This document shows positions 1 through 15,047 of a stretch of DNA of 64,000 bases, one piece after another. A program made the position numbers and the translations under genes. Origin of the DNA: the human T2T-CHM13v2.0 reference genome, Homo sapiens; the NCBI RefSeq assembly GCF_009914755.1, contig NC_060936.1; one strand, given 5' to 3'. The notes beneath the pieces were generated by a model. The model was not told the origin of the DNA. It saw nothing but the letters and a program-made list of their open reading frames with translations, and searched no databases. Positions within the stretch are counted from its first letter, which is position 1; every line of letters begins with the position of its first letter.

Positions 1-88
1 ACTGTACAGAAGAAAAGGTTTCATATCCCATTTTCAAATATACTGAAATATTATATGCTTTCGTGTATATTTAATATACTGAACTTAC

Positions 89-286
89 CATTTTCATCAT
101 CCTCATTAGACTCATCTAAAAATGGGTTGAAATCGTCATCATCTCCAGAACTCATGTTTTTAGAGCTCTCATAGTCACTTTCTTCATTATCAGAGGCATC
201 AGATTCACTTCCACTGTCGTCAGAATTGCTACCAGTAAGGCCACCTACTTTTCGTGCTTTTTTGGCTTCTCGAGTTATTTCTTCAC
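89..286 (-). CDS. SBNO1: SBNO1 exon 17 ([13 protein letters not shown]...[17 protein letters not shown]...NEDDEN), 198 nt; gene continues left of the window
   Basis: ggtag|GT ... G|gtaagt; phase 1-1; cumulative CDS 2323 nt. Confidence 0.93.
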
Positions 287-690
287 CTACCCTCCGCCAC
301 AAACAAGAGAGTCAGCCCAAATTCAATGTTTCTTAAGATCCAGTACATCACATTTAGTTCATGAATTAATTCAAATGAAAAGTGCAGAGGAAAAGTATTT
401 AGGTTAAGTCAAAAAACAAACAGAATTCACAAACCAGCACTAACCTTTTGGACTCCCATAAAAAATAAGGTTATAAACATTTATTCTGAAGAAGAAATTG
501 GATACAAAAGTACTAAGTCAAGACTGCCTTCAAGTGCACAAGTTTCAAAACATATTCAGGACAACAGAGTAAAAGCAGAACCTCTGGCATAGTCACAATT
601 TGACTGTGTATCAGATTTGAGAAGAGGCCTAATAATTACAGGTTTATAGACATGGAATACTTAGAAAATCAATAGAAAATCAATTTATAA

Positions 691-1023
<333 letters not shown>

Positions 1024-1753
1024 TAATTTTTAGTAGAGAAGGGGTTTCGCCATGTTGGCCAGGCTGGTCTCGAACTCCTGACCTCAGGTGATCCGCCTGT
1101 TTCAACTCCCAAAAAGCTGGGATTACAGGCGTGAGCCACTGTGCCCGGCGAGAAGTCAACTTCTAAAACCAAAACAGGGCTGGGCGAGATGGCTCACACC
1201 TGTAATCCCAGCACTTTGGGAGGCCTAGGTGGGTGCATTGCTTAAGCTCAGGAGTTCGAGACCAGCCTGGCCAACATGGTGAAACCCCATCTCTACTAAA
1301 AATACAAAAATTAGCAGGGCGTGGTGGTGCATGCCTGTAATCCCAGCTCCTTGAACCCAGGAGGCAGAGGTTGCAGTGAGCCAAGATGGTACCACTGCAC
1401 TCCAGCCTGGGTGACGGAGACGGAGACCCTGTCTCAAAAAAAAAAAAGAAAAAAAAAGAAAAGGCTCTTTTAAAGAAAACTACTGAAACACCCAGCTGTC
1501 TATATATTAAAGAACAGGTCTGACAATACAAAGACACAGGTTTTAGTTCCCATGCATCATTAACTATCTCTGTGAAACTAGGAAAACTCTTTAATCTTTA
1601 AATCTTTCTGTGCTTCAATGATCTCTGTCTATAAAATTGGAAAAATAAGACCTAATTTCGTATGGACCTCTGCCAGGTTATATGGTAGAATGTATATAGC
1701 CAAGTGCTTAACACACTGCCAACCACCAGTGAATTGCTCAATTCCTAATTTAA

Positions 1754-2113
<360 letters not shown>

Positions 2114-2233
2114 TAGCCAGGATGGTCTCGATCTCCTGACCTCGTGATCTGCCCACCTCAGCCTCCCAAAGTGCTGGGATTACAGGTGTGAGCCACCGCA
2201 CCTGGCCTATTTTTTCTTTTTTAAAGTGCTCAC

Positions 2234-2385
2234 CTTTCCGCTTCTTTATTTTATTTTCTTTACAAGGACTATCTCTTGGCGAACTGTTGTTACTTGGAGC
2301 TGTCAAATCGATTCCTAGTAAACTATAAAGTTTTTTCCTGTCTGGAGCAGGAAAATGTTTTTCAATGAGTGACTGCAACACACCT
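2234..2385 (-). CDS. SBNO1: SBNO1 exon 16 ([18 protein letters not shown]...KENKIKKRK), 152 nt
   Basis: ctacag|A ... G|gtgagc; basic NLS-like end. Confidence 0.95.
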
Positions 2386-2529
2386 CTGTAGGAGAGAAAC
2401 AGTGACAATTACTGCTTCAGTTGACAAAATAATTATATGTAAAGTATTATTAAATATATTGAAATATACTTTGTTCAGTTTTACAAAATACTGATAAACG
2501 AGCTCAAATAAATTTTAATTTTCTAGCCC

Positions 2530-2825
2530 AAAGCTGTCCAACTAAATAATAAGAATGCAAGCCAAACCACATACACAATTATTGTATTTTCTGGTAGCTT
2601 AAATTAAAAAAGTAAAAAATAAATAAAACTGGTGGAACTAATTTTAATAATACATTTTAACTCAATATACCATGTCAACACATATGTTTTATGTTATTTT
2701 CTCTTAAGGAGTCTTTGAAACCTGGCTCAGTACACATATAATAACATCTCAATATGGACCAGTCATTTCAACTGCTCAATAGCCACATGTGACAAGCGGC
2801 TGCCATTCTGGACACGGTAGTTCTA
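2530..2825. mobile_element. MER33/MER3-like hAT-Charlie element
   Basis: GCTGTCCAA...ACATCTCAATATGGACCAGTCATTTCAACTGCTCAATAGCCACATGTG...TGGACA; a related fragment lies at about 8700-8790. Confidence 0.6.
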
Positions 2826-2855
2826 GGCAATTATGTACAGAAAAATATAGATTAG

Positions 2856-3174
<319 letters not shown>

Positions 3175-3343
3175 TGAAAGGAGCATCTGAATGCATCCCG
3201 AGGCACAAAATAGTAGAGCAGCAAGTTTATTTTGCTCAGTTTACTACCAGAGTTTGAATGTGGAGGTTAGGCAAACTAAAAACAATGCCTAAAACATTTT
3301 AAAATCTATTTCTGAAGATCTCATGCTTATTTTCAACTTTTAA

Positions 3344-3541
<198 letters not shown>

Positions 3542-4053
3542 TAGTTGAGATGGGGTTTCACCATTTTGGCCAGGCTGGTCTCAAACTACTGACCTCAAGT
3601 GATGTGCCCATGTTGGCCTCCCAAAGTGCTGAGATTACAGCTGTGAGCCACCATGCTCAGCCAACTTATAAAGTAGACTTCGTTATATTAGGACAAACTA
3701 TAGTTACTGTTCCTGTGGATAACGGTAATTTCAAATACAGTACACTAAAACTGAATCTAAGCCAAGCTGTCACAGATTTCCAAGATGTACAAGATAAACA
3801 AAATCTAGCCCTTCTGTTAGTTCACATACTCTGTGTAATATTAGCAAAATGCTTAACATTTTAGGATTATGAGATTTCTGTTATTGTTTTCCAATAGATA
3901 CACTGTTACAGAAAAGCAGAAAACTCAGATCAAGAAAACTTAAAGATGATGCAGGTGAAACAAAAGTTTTGTCTCCAGGAAATGCCCACATTGGAACTAA
4001 GGTAAGGAAGAACTCAAAAAGAAACAAAAACATTAAAAGAACAAAAACATTAC

Positions 4054-4151
4054 TTGGCAGTTGAAACAAAATCATTCAATTCTCCCCCGCCCTCTTCCAA
4101 AGCTTCTAATGTTCTAGCTTCTCCTGTAGACTGCAGACCAATTACAACACA
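4054..4151 (-). CDS. SBNO1: SBNO1 exon 15 ([33 protein letters not shown]), 98 nt
   Basis: ctccag|TGT ... AA|gtaatg; conserved [10 protein letters not shown] motif. Confidence 0.95.
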
Positions 4152-4704
4152 CTGGAGAAAAAAGAAAACATGTTAATTATGAATAATAATGTTTGTGGCT
4201 TCTTACCAAGACATATTTTAAACATTTAGCTAAACAAAGATTTCAAACAAGAATGTCCTCATTATTATAAAACACAAATTTGTTTTACTTATTTCTTCTA
4301 CATATTTGAGACAGGTTATTTGTCAAAAATTTAGGCAGGAGATAGGATTACAGACAGTAGTAAGCATGAGTGAAGCCCCTGCCCTTGTACAGTTTATAGT
4401 ATCTTATGCTTTAAGTAGATAAATATTCATCGAAAAGAAAAAACCTTAACGCAATACACATCCATATGTTACCAGTGCTACCAGCTATGGATGACCAATT
4501 ATAGTGATGTTTACTTTGTTATACTTTTCTGAACTCTCTAAATTCTCTAAGCAGGCATTGCTTTTATAATTTTAAGAAATGTATTTTTTAGAAGTTTTAC
4601 TATCCTTTAGGAAAACCAGATTTTACAAGCAGAAAACCTCAGCACCCACAAAGACTAAACAACATAACCCCCCAAACAATCTCTTAATGAGTTCTTCTAC
4701 TTAC

Positions 4705-4887
4705 TTTTCCATTCTTGATTTCCTCTCGAGCTAGTTGCACAACCCTTTTAACTTTGGATGCTATGCATAAGTATTTGAAGAACCTCTGGTGAGCAGACCA
4801 GAACTGACCCCACATGGACTTCTTCATTCGTTGCTCAGCATCAATCAGATCTGCAGCTTGCTGAAACCGCTCTCTGGCGATGACCCA
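4705..4887 (-). CDS. SBNO1: SBNO1 exon 14 ([10 protein letters not shown]...[22 protein letters not shown]...EIKNGK), 183 nt
   Basis: cttcag|TGG ... AAA|gtaagt; signature Sno motif FWSAHQRFF. Confidence 0.96.
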
Positions 4888-5978
4888 CTGAAGATACATA
4901 ATCAACATTTCAGACACTTCATCTTTGAGTCTAGTTATTTAAAAATACCAATTAAATCAAAACAATGTTAAGTGCAAGACCATTTAATATTAATTTAATA
5001 AATCATCTTTAGTAACTTGGGAATCTATTTCTCAGGATACTCACACAGTTGTCTCAAGTTTCTTATTACCTAATGCAGTCATTTTAGAAAATAATGTGAT
5101 TTTAAGAACTATGCAACTGAAATAAATGGCTATAACTTATGAATTACCTTAACAAAATGAAAACATGGACAATCTGAAATATAAGAACATTGGTTAGGCC
5201 AGGCGCAGTGGCTGATGCCTGTAATCCCAGAACTTTGGGAGGCTGAGGCAGGTGGATTGCTTGAGCCCAGGAGTTCCAGATCAGGCTGGGCAACACTGTA
5301 AAACCTCATCTCTACCAAAAAATACAAAAACCAGCCAGGCACATTGACATGCGCCTGCAGTCCCTGCTACTCAGGAAGCAGAGTCTGGAGGACTCCTTGA
5401 ACCTGGGAGGTAGAGGTTGCAGTAAGCCAAGATCACACCACTGTACTCCAGTCTGGGTGACAGAGTAAGACCCTGCTTCAATTAAAAACAAAAACAAAAA
5501 AAAACACATTGGTTAAACAGCCTATCATCTGGTAACTCATCTGTTTGTTTTTGTTTTTTGTTTTTGTTTTTGTTTTGCGATGGAGTATCCCTCTGTTACC
5601 CAAGCTGGAGTGCACTGGCACCATCTTGGCTCACAGCAACCTCCGCCTCCTGGGTTCAAGCGATTCTCCTGCCTCAGCCTCCCCAAGTAGCTGGCACTAC
5701 AGGCGCACACCACCATGCCCAGCTAATTTTTTTTCGTATTTTTAGTAGAGATGAGGTTTCAACATGTAGGCCAGGCTGGTCTTGAACTCTTGACCTCAGG
5801 TGACCTGCTCGCCTCAGCCTCCCAAAGTGCTGAGGCATGAGACACCGTGCCTGGCTTCATCTGTTGTTTTATAGTAGAAATACATTCCCATGGGCAGGAG
5901 GCATCGCAATCGCCAAAACTAACAGAAACATTATCAGATACATTAAATAAACACTAGGAATTAAGAAAAATTCCTCAC

Positions 5979-6132
5979 CAGCTTGACAGCTTTGTTATAC
6001 ATTTTAACGTAGCTCTGAGAAAGAAGAACTTCCTCAATTTTGAAGGTCACTCCAGTAAAGCTCAGTTGTCGAGCAATGTACATTCCTCTAAGCTTCATAT
6101 CCATAGCAACTATTTCCATGGCACCAACTCCT
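5979..6132 (-). CDS. SBNO1: SBNO1 exon 13 ([35 protein letters not shown]...KAVKL), 154 nt
   Basis: attcag|A ... CTG|gtgagg; phase 2-0. Confidence 0.95.
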
Positions 6133-6259
6133 CTGAATAAAATTAAAACATACAGTAATTACCAATACAGTAGAATTTTAACATACAGAGAATGGGCTTT
6201 AGGAATAACACATTTCTTAGATTGCTACTGAGAAGAGTATATACCGTAAACTGCATTAC

Positions 6260-6365
6260 CTCCGTTCTACTGCTTGAATAAAATCACTGAATTCTCTAAA
6301 TGGAGTACCCTCACCCCATATGCCAAGACGGTTCATATAGGCCATGTTGCGTGGTTCAGAAGCAC
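6260..6365 (-). CDS. SBNO1: SBNO1 exon 12 ([36 protein letters not shown]), 106 nt
   Basis: tttcag|GT ... AG|gtaatg; follows a 79-nt intron. Confidence 0.95.
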
Positions 6366-6444
6366 CTGAAAATCCCACAAATGAAATATATTATAGTTGA
6401 AAAAATAACCTACAATATATATTTTTAAATAAATAAATACTCAC

Positions 6445-6580
6445 CAGTTGCACTAGCATAAACAACTCTGGCTTTTGGCAATTTGTTCTGAAGCTCTAAA
6501 ACTGCTAAGCCTGTCTTGGTTGGCTTTGAAGAACCAACAGGACATAAGTTTTTGGCTTTATGACACTCATCAAACACTAT
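6445..6580 (-). CDS. SBNO1: SBNO1 exon 11 ([45 protein letters not shown]), 136 nt
   Basis: atttag|ATA ... G|gtgagt; Walker B DECH and motif III SAT. Confidence 0.96.
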
Positions 6581-7286
6581 CTAAATGGAATGAGTTAAGG
6601 AATGTATCACATTAGTGTTAAGTAAGAATCTCCAGTCTTTCAAGAAGAGTTAACTTTTATTTCCCTGAGGCCTTCTGATTGCCTATTTCATGACTGCAAA
6701 TACAAAGGAAGTCCTATGGGCCTTTCCCCAGTTACATCCTCCTCCCTCTCTAGCCTCAAAGACATTCACTGAATTTGGAATTTAAACCAGCAGTTTGCCT
6801 CTAAATTAAAACAGAGAAAAGAACCCACTGCAGCAAGAAGTTGTTATCTGGTAACTTGTAAAAGTAGAAGCATGATTGGTAACCAACTTAATCAGCATTT
6901 CAAAAAGTGATGTTCCTCATGCAGGACAGTTAAAAGATATACTGTGAACAAGTTTGGGACCACTAAGTTCTAACAGTTTTCTTTCACTTAGTCTTCTCGG
7001 GTATTCTGCTATGTAAATATGCAATGTTAATCCTCAAAAGGGGAATACAGTATTCAGTATTCCTCATATCTATTAATATTTTTCTAAACCAGGAGATTAA
7101 ACATTGGTCTCCTATCTGACAGGTAAAAAACCGAATCAACTTTCCAATCCCTTTGGACTCTAGGTAATCATTAAAGTTTTCACTCCAGCAACTCGTTTAA
7201 TCTCAAGATTCCTGTTTCCCAAAGGTCTACCCTTTTATAATTTTCTTGTCGTTAAAAAATAGAAAAATATTTGCCATAAAGGATAC
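6581..7286 (-). other. SBNO1: U12-type (minor spliceosome) GT-AG intron of SBNO1
   Basis: 5' splice site GTATCCTTT; branch point TTCCTTAAC at 6602-6594, 11 nt before the AG; no long polypyrimidine tract. Confidence 0.92.
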
Positions 7287-7448
7287 CACTCCATCGAAGT
7301 CATCACCGCACCAATGCAGAAGTTGTTTTAACCTAGTTTTATACTTGCCGCCAGACTGGCTTTCACCAATAAGTGAAGAGTAAGTAGCAAAAATAACACC
7401 CTTTTTCACACTCCCATTATGTTTGGAAGAAATTTTTCCGTATTTAAA
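7287..7448 (-). CDS. SBNO1: SBNO1 exon 10 ([30 protein letters not shown]...WCGDDFDGV), 162 nt
   Basis: ttttag|TTT ... GTG|gtatccttt (U12-type donor); motif Ib-like ATYSSL. Confidence 0.96.
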
Positions 7449-7629
7449 CTAAAAAAGAAAAGAAAAGAATTTAGTTAATTAGTATACCTTTCTCTCTGAA
7501 ACATTCATCCCAACTAAACATTCACAAGCAGGAACTCTTGTTAGGCCCATGACAGGCTTCAGAAAACATAAAAGTACAGAGACGCAAATTTATTTGTATA
7601 AATGTACACAACACAAACACACAACTTTA

Positions 7630-7941
<312 letters not shown>

Positions 7942-8971
7942 TTAAATCCAGTTTTCAAAGTCTTAAAAACTTTTATCATCACAAAAAAAAACATTAAAAA
8001 CCAGACAAACTTCCCTATAAGAATAAAAAGTCACAATTTACAAACATTTATTGTGCACTTACTATATGCAAAACACTGTGATTAATTTCTGATACATAAG
8101 AATTATGAGTAATTGTTAATGTGCCTTTCTAATACTACTCTGAAATTTAAAAAAAAAATTCTAGATGCCACTTACATCCTTTTAGTTCTGAATTGTATAC
8201 AGTCATTCAAGACACAGTACTTTATAGCTACAAATCCACCCAGTAAAACCCACCCTAACAAGCCACTGTTTAGGGCAACACTGAATTCAACTTAGGACTC
8301 ACATGGGAAGTAGAGGTGCAGTTACTTATTTTCAAAGGGCTACTAGGGAGGCCCTTCCAGGAACCCTATCAGTCTATTTTAACCTTATAGCACCAACAAT
8401 TGGTGCATGCATAGTAAGTCAATAAAGATTTGCTAACTGAACCTTAACATTCTAAAACACACTGGCACACACTGTCTTTCAGCTTACAGAATTGTTTTCA
8501 TGTGAGCAGAGGTATGAGTAACTCAAGTCCATTAGCTGTACAAATACTGAAACCAGTCTGCCCAAGCCATAACTATCTACATCGCATATGATTTGGTGAC
8601 CTATAGTGCAAGGTATGCCACCTGTCTAAACTGCACCCTTATGGCATATAAACTATAAAAGAAAGATAAAAATAACACTGAAAATTGAGAGAATCAACTG
8701 GTGTGCACTGTACACTTGAGAGCACATCTCAATTTGGACTGGTCACTTACACTGTTCAATAGCCACATGTGATGAGTGGCTACTGCCTGTCAGTGTTTAG
8801 CATATAGGAATCCACAAACCAACAATAGTGGCTAGCACTCACTATGCTTTCTGTGGAGTAACATCAAAGTTTTCCAAAAAGTGTCCCCTTATATACATAG
8901 CTATTATTATTGTCATCTCACAGATGAGTCAATATTTATTGAATGACCAACTGAATAAAAAGATTTCATAC

Positions 8972-9062
8972 CTTATTTAACGAATGAACCAAAATGTTTT
9001 TTGCTCCAATATCCCTTAAATCTCTTTCAGCATCATACTTTAAGTCATTTGAAACACTAAAC
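8972..9062 (-). CDS. SBNO1: SBNO1 exon 9 ([30 protein letters not shown]), 91 nt
   Basis: ggcag|G ... AAG|gtatga; phase 2-0. Confidence 0.95.
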
Positions 9063-9322
9063 CTGCCAAAATATTAAAAAGCACAAATTAAATACAAATT
9101 ATATCATTCTAGAATTCAGGAATAAAATTAATAAAGCCAGGTCTTGACACTTAAAAAAAAAAAAAAAAGAAAAAGAAAATACACTTACTCATTAAAACCC
9201 ATCCCACTGAGTGCAGTGGCTCACACCCATAATCCTAGCACTTTGGGAGCCTAAGGCAGGAGGACTGCTTGAGCCCAGGAGTTCGAGACCAGCCTGAGCA
9301 ACACAAGAAGAGCCCGTATCTA

Positions 9323-9550
<228 letters not shown>

Positions 9551-9792
9551 TCACCCAGGCTGGAGTGCAGAGGAACAATGTCGGCTCACTGCAAGCTATG
9601 CCTCCAGGGTTCACGCCATTCTCCTGCCTCAGCCTCCTGAGTAGCTGGGACTACAGGCACCCACCATGACGCCCGGCTGATTTTTTGTACTTTTAGTAGA
9701 GACGGAGTTTCACTGTGTTAGCCAGGATGGTCTCGATCTCCTAACCTCGTGATCCGCTGCGCCTGGCCCACAGCCAGTTTTTAAACACTTAC

Positions 9793-9926
9793 CACAATGC
9801 TCGTTTTCTACTCAACAAATAATTTTCATAGATGATTCCTGCTATCGTCCTTCCTTTTCCTACACCGGCACCATCACCTATTAAGAAGCCAGCACGATCT
9901 CCATTAGGTAGGAAAGTTTCATGTTG
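9793..9926 (-). CDS. SBNO1: SBNO1 exon 8 ([45 protein letters not shown]), 134 nt
   Basis: tttcag|CAA ... TG|gtaagt; Walker A-like [10 protein letters not shown]. Confidence 0.96.
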
Positions 9927-10792
9927 CTGAAAAACAAAAGGCTGGTAATTAATATAATCCTTCAGATATTTTGGTGATCAATCTTTCATACACTGTTTTA
10001 GGAGTAGGAATATGTTGATGTTATGTTTTTTGTTTTGTATATGTATTTTGTGACTTTATTTTTACATAAATTTCATAGAGTTTTGGATTTTTTTTTGAGA
10101 CGGAGTCTCGCTCTGTCGCCCAGGTTGGAGTGCAGTGGTGCGATCTTGGCTCACTGCAATCTCTGCCTCCCGGGTTCACACCATTCTCCTTCCTCAGCCT
10201 CCTGAGTAGGTGGGACTACAGGCGCCCGCCACCACGCCTGGCTAATTTTTTCTATTTTTAGTAGAAACGGGTTTCACCATGTTAGCCAGGATGATCTCGA
10301 TCTCCTGACCTCGTGATCCGCCCGCCTCAGCCTCCCAAAGTGCTGGGATTACAGGTGTGAGGCACTGCACCCAGCCAAATTTTATAGTTTTGGCTTTAAT
10401 GTGGATACTTTCTTTTTTTTCTTTTTTTGAAACGGGGTCTCGCTCTGTTGCCAGGCTGAAGTGCAGTGGCACAATCTCGGCTCACTGCAACCTCTGAATT
10501 CCTGTTCAAGCTATTCTCCTGCTTCAGCCTCCCGAGTAGCTGGGATTACAGGTATGCACCACCACGCCCAGCTAATTTTTTGTATTTTTAGTAGACAGGG
10601 TTTCACCACGTTGACCAGGATGGTCTCGATCTCCTGACCTCATGATGCACCCGCCTTGGCCTCCCAAAGTGCTGAGATTACAGGCACGAGTCACCGCGCC
10701 CAGCTCAATGTGAATACTTTCTACATATTTACTGTATATTATCTCCTGCTACTCTTCCATGCACCAGGTAATGAAAGTTAACAAATTAGTGA

Positions 10793-11343
<551 letters not shown>

Positions 11344-11493
11344 TAACTCCTGACCTCAGGGTGACCCGCCTGCCTCAGCCTCCCAAAGTACTAGGATTGG
11401 GCCGGGCACGGTGGCTCACACCTGTAATCCCAGCACTTTGGGAGGCCGAGATGGGTGGATCATGAGGTCAGGAGATCGAGACCATCCTGGCTA

Positions 11494-11703
<210 letters not shown>

Positions 11704-12607
11704 TTACAGGCGTGAGCCACCATGCCCAGCCAAATTAAAAGTTTTATATCACACAAAATATGGAGGATAAATGGCTATTTTGGTCATTACTTATTTTACA
11801 GATACGGAATATGACTGAAATCATTTCAAGACAACTGCTTAACTCTACTCACATCATTTTAAAAGCCCACACAACACCCCACTGTCCAATAATATCACAG
11901 TTTATGCAATTACCCCCCAATAATGTGGATGCTCAAATCTTTTCCAGCTGGAGGGACAAAAGGTACAACAAATATCATTCTGCATATGTTCTTATCTAAC
12001 AGTTCCAGGGAACACACTCCTAGGAATGGGTATATATACACACACATATACATATATATAATTTTTTTTTTTTGAGACAGGGTCTCGTTCCCATCACCCA
12101 GGGTGGAGTGACAAGATCACAGCTTATTGCAGCCTCGACTTCCTGGGCTGAGGTGATTCCCCTACCTCAGCTTCCCGAGAAACTGGGACTATAGGTGCGT
12201 GCCACTACACTCAGCTAATTTTTTGTATTTTTCGTAGACATGATGTTTCACCATGTTACCCAGACTGGTCGCGAACTCCTGGGCTCAAGCAATCCACCCA
12301 CCTCAGCCTCCCAAACTGTTGGGATTGCAGACATGAGCCACTGTGCCTGGTCGATATACATATTTTTAATTTTAATAAATATTCCCAGTAAATTCCAAGC
12401 AAGTTATAACATTTGCCATTTCCACTGGAAACGCACTATCTGTATCTCTGCTACACTTCTAAAATTTAATTTTCCAACACATTAAACTTTCATAAATATT
12501 ACATTTACAAGGTTTTCATACAAGGAAAAGTTACCTTTAGATTGAAACAACTCTGTTATATAGAATAGGATAAAATAATTATTGTATTATGAAATATTAT
12601 TGCTTAC

Positions 12608-12768
12608 CTGGGCTGCATATGTAATTGCCTCAAGCTGCAATGCTGATAACCAGCCATTATCAATGGTTTCCTCAGAAATGGATGTTTTGTACCAAACATC
12701 AGGAGGAGTAACACTGGATAAAGAGCTGGTTTCCACTACAGCATCTGGATGACGTAGGCCAATTTTTA
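12608..12768 (-). CDS. SBNO1: SBNO1 exon 7 ([20 protein letters not shown]...[14 protein letters not shown]), 161 nt
   Basis: gtttag|TA ... CAG|gtaagc; Q-motif-like LSALQLEA. Confidence 0.96.
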
Positions 12769-13061
12769 CTAAACAAAAATGTAAAAACATTTTATTTTAA
12801 TTATTCTAAGTAATAACATTTCCAGTTTCATTATAAGATATTTCAATGTTTTTCTTATAACATAGAAAAATAATTAAAAAGTATTCACTCTGAGCTTCCA
12901 TAAAAAGTAACTGATGACAAAGTACTATCTATATTTGACTAAAATGATTTATCAACTACATATGGTTAAAACAGAGATTTGGGCCAGGTGGGTGGCTCAC
13001 GCCTGTAATCCCAGCACTTTGGGGGGCCAAGGTGGAGGGATCACTTGAGGTCAGGCGTTCA

Positions 13062-13367
<306 letters not shown>

Positions 13368-14114
13368 CTAGTAGTAACAGAACATAATGCCAGATTAAGG
13401 AGTTCAGTTACTTCAAGCATTCATTCAGTAAAACAAAAGTTTGCAATACAATTTTATTTTGAGGCTAGGCATGAAGGTTCATGCTTGTAATCTCAGCACT
13501 TTGGGAGGCCAAAGCAGGAGTATCATTTGAGGCCAAGAGTTCAAGACCAGCCTTGGCAATATAGTGAGACCCTCATCTCTACAATTAAAATCCAAAAATT
13601 AGCTGGGCATGGTGGTGGGACCTGTGGTCCGAGCTATTCAGGAGTCTGAGACAGGAGGATTGCTTGAGCCTTGTAGGCTAAGGCTGCAGTGAGCTAAGAT
13701 TGCGCCACTGCCTGGCTGGGCATGGTGGCTCACGCCTGTAATCTCAGCAGCTGGGAGGCCAAGGTGGGTGGATCTCCTGAGGTCAGGCATTCGAGACCAG
13801 CCTGGCCAACACGGTGAAACCCCATCTCTACTAAAAATACAAAAATCAGCCAGGCATGATGGTGCACACCTGTAATCCTAGCTACTCAAGAGGCTGAAGC
13901 ACGAGAATTGCTAGAATCCAGGAGGGATCCTGGGAGGTGGAGGTTGCAGTGAGGCAAGAGCATGCCACTGCACTCCAGACTGAGTAAAGAGCCAGACCCC
14001 GTCTTAAAAAGAACATATTTTACTTTGAAAAGTATTCGAAAGACAACTTGGCTATAAAATTTAACAACCAAGTCCCCAAAATGTACAACATGAATACATT
14101 AAAATAATGATCTG

Positions 14115-14315
14115 GAAGCTTTTTCTGTAAAGGGTCAGAGAATGATTTTGCCGTTTTAGGCCATCCTGTCTCTTGTACAACTACTTAACATTGCTGCTGT
14201 AGTGTCAACGCAGCCATAGATAATAAGTAAACCAATAAACATGTCTATGTTCCAATAAAACCTTATTTACTATAAAAAAGCGAGTGGTCCAGATTTAGTT
14301 TGCTGTCCTCTGGTT
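14115..14315. mobile_element. MER58A-like hAT-Charlie element
   Basis: TTTTCTGTAAAGGGTCAGA...CAACTACTTAAC...GCAGCCATAGATAATA...TGTTCCAATAAAACCTTATTTAC. Confidence 0.7.
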
Positions 14316-14950
14316 TAAAGGGCCATAAACTCTTTCAATCCTTTTGCAAAATGATTATTGGAATAAGAAAAACAGAATTTCAGATAGGACTTCTAAAATT
14401 CATTGTAGGTGAGCAGAAAAGGATGGAATCTTGAGTCTATCAGTAGTTGATAAAAAGAGAATTGTAGTTCAATTCAAATGGTATTATTAGTGGTTTTTTA
14501 TAGAAACCAAGACTACATGAAAGACAAATTCTAGACATAGATTTGTTTCCTGTAATGAAAAAGTGAAAATTTTATGCAAATATTAAAAACCTAATTTTCG
14601 ACTTCATACAGTGGCTGCTAAAAAAAGAACCATGTTATACAAAAGGGAGAAACAAAAACTATGGAATTCAAATAGCACAATTATTTTTATAATTTCAATG
14701 TTTTTACAATTTTAGACAAGTTGTATTAAATATCTTAGCTTTATATATCTTTACAATTACCTTTGATTTTTATAATCACTACTCCTATTAACAAAATTAA
14801 AATAAAATCCAAGCTTCTTTAGTTTTGGTTTTAAAAGACTTTGACCTAAAGCAAGATTCTAAATTTATATGGAAAAAAACAAAACAAAAAGAACCAAAGA
14901 AACCACAGGAAAACTTTGATGTAAATATCTGACAAATCCCGAAGACATAC

Positions 14951-15047
14951 ATTTTATTGGCATGTATTCTGCATAGGTTTCTGCATGACCCATTTCTTCT
15001 TCATCTTCTTCCTCTGGTTCATCATCTTCTTTTACAACAGGAACCTT
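14951..15047 (-). CDS. SBNO1: SBNO1 exon 6 ([32 protein letters not shown]), 97 nt
   Basis: ttgcag|AAG ... T|gtatgt; acidic tract followed by the conserved Sno ETYAEYMP motif. Confidence 0.95.

Noticed and set aside
3881-4075. 64-aa hydrophobic ORF starting in exon 15 and running into intron 15
   Set aside because: Out of frame with SBNO1, and the hydrophobicity is explained by the T-rich intron. In-frame retention stops immediately (AAG TAA).
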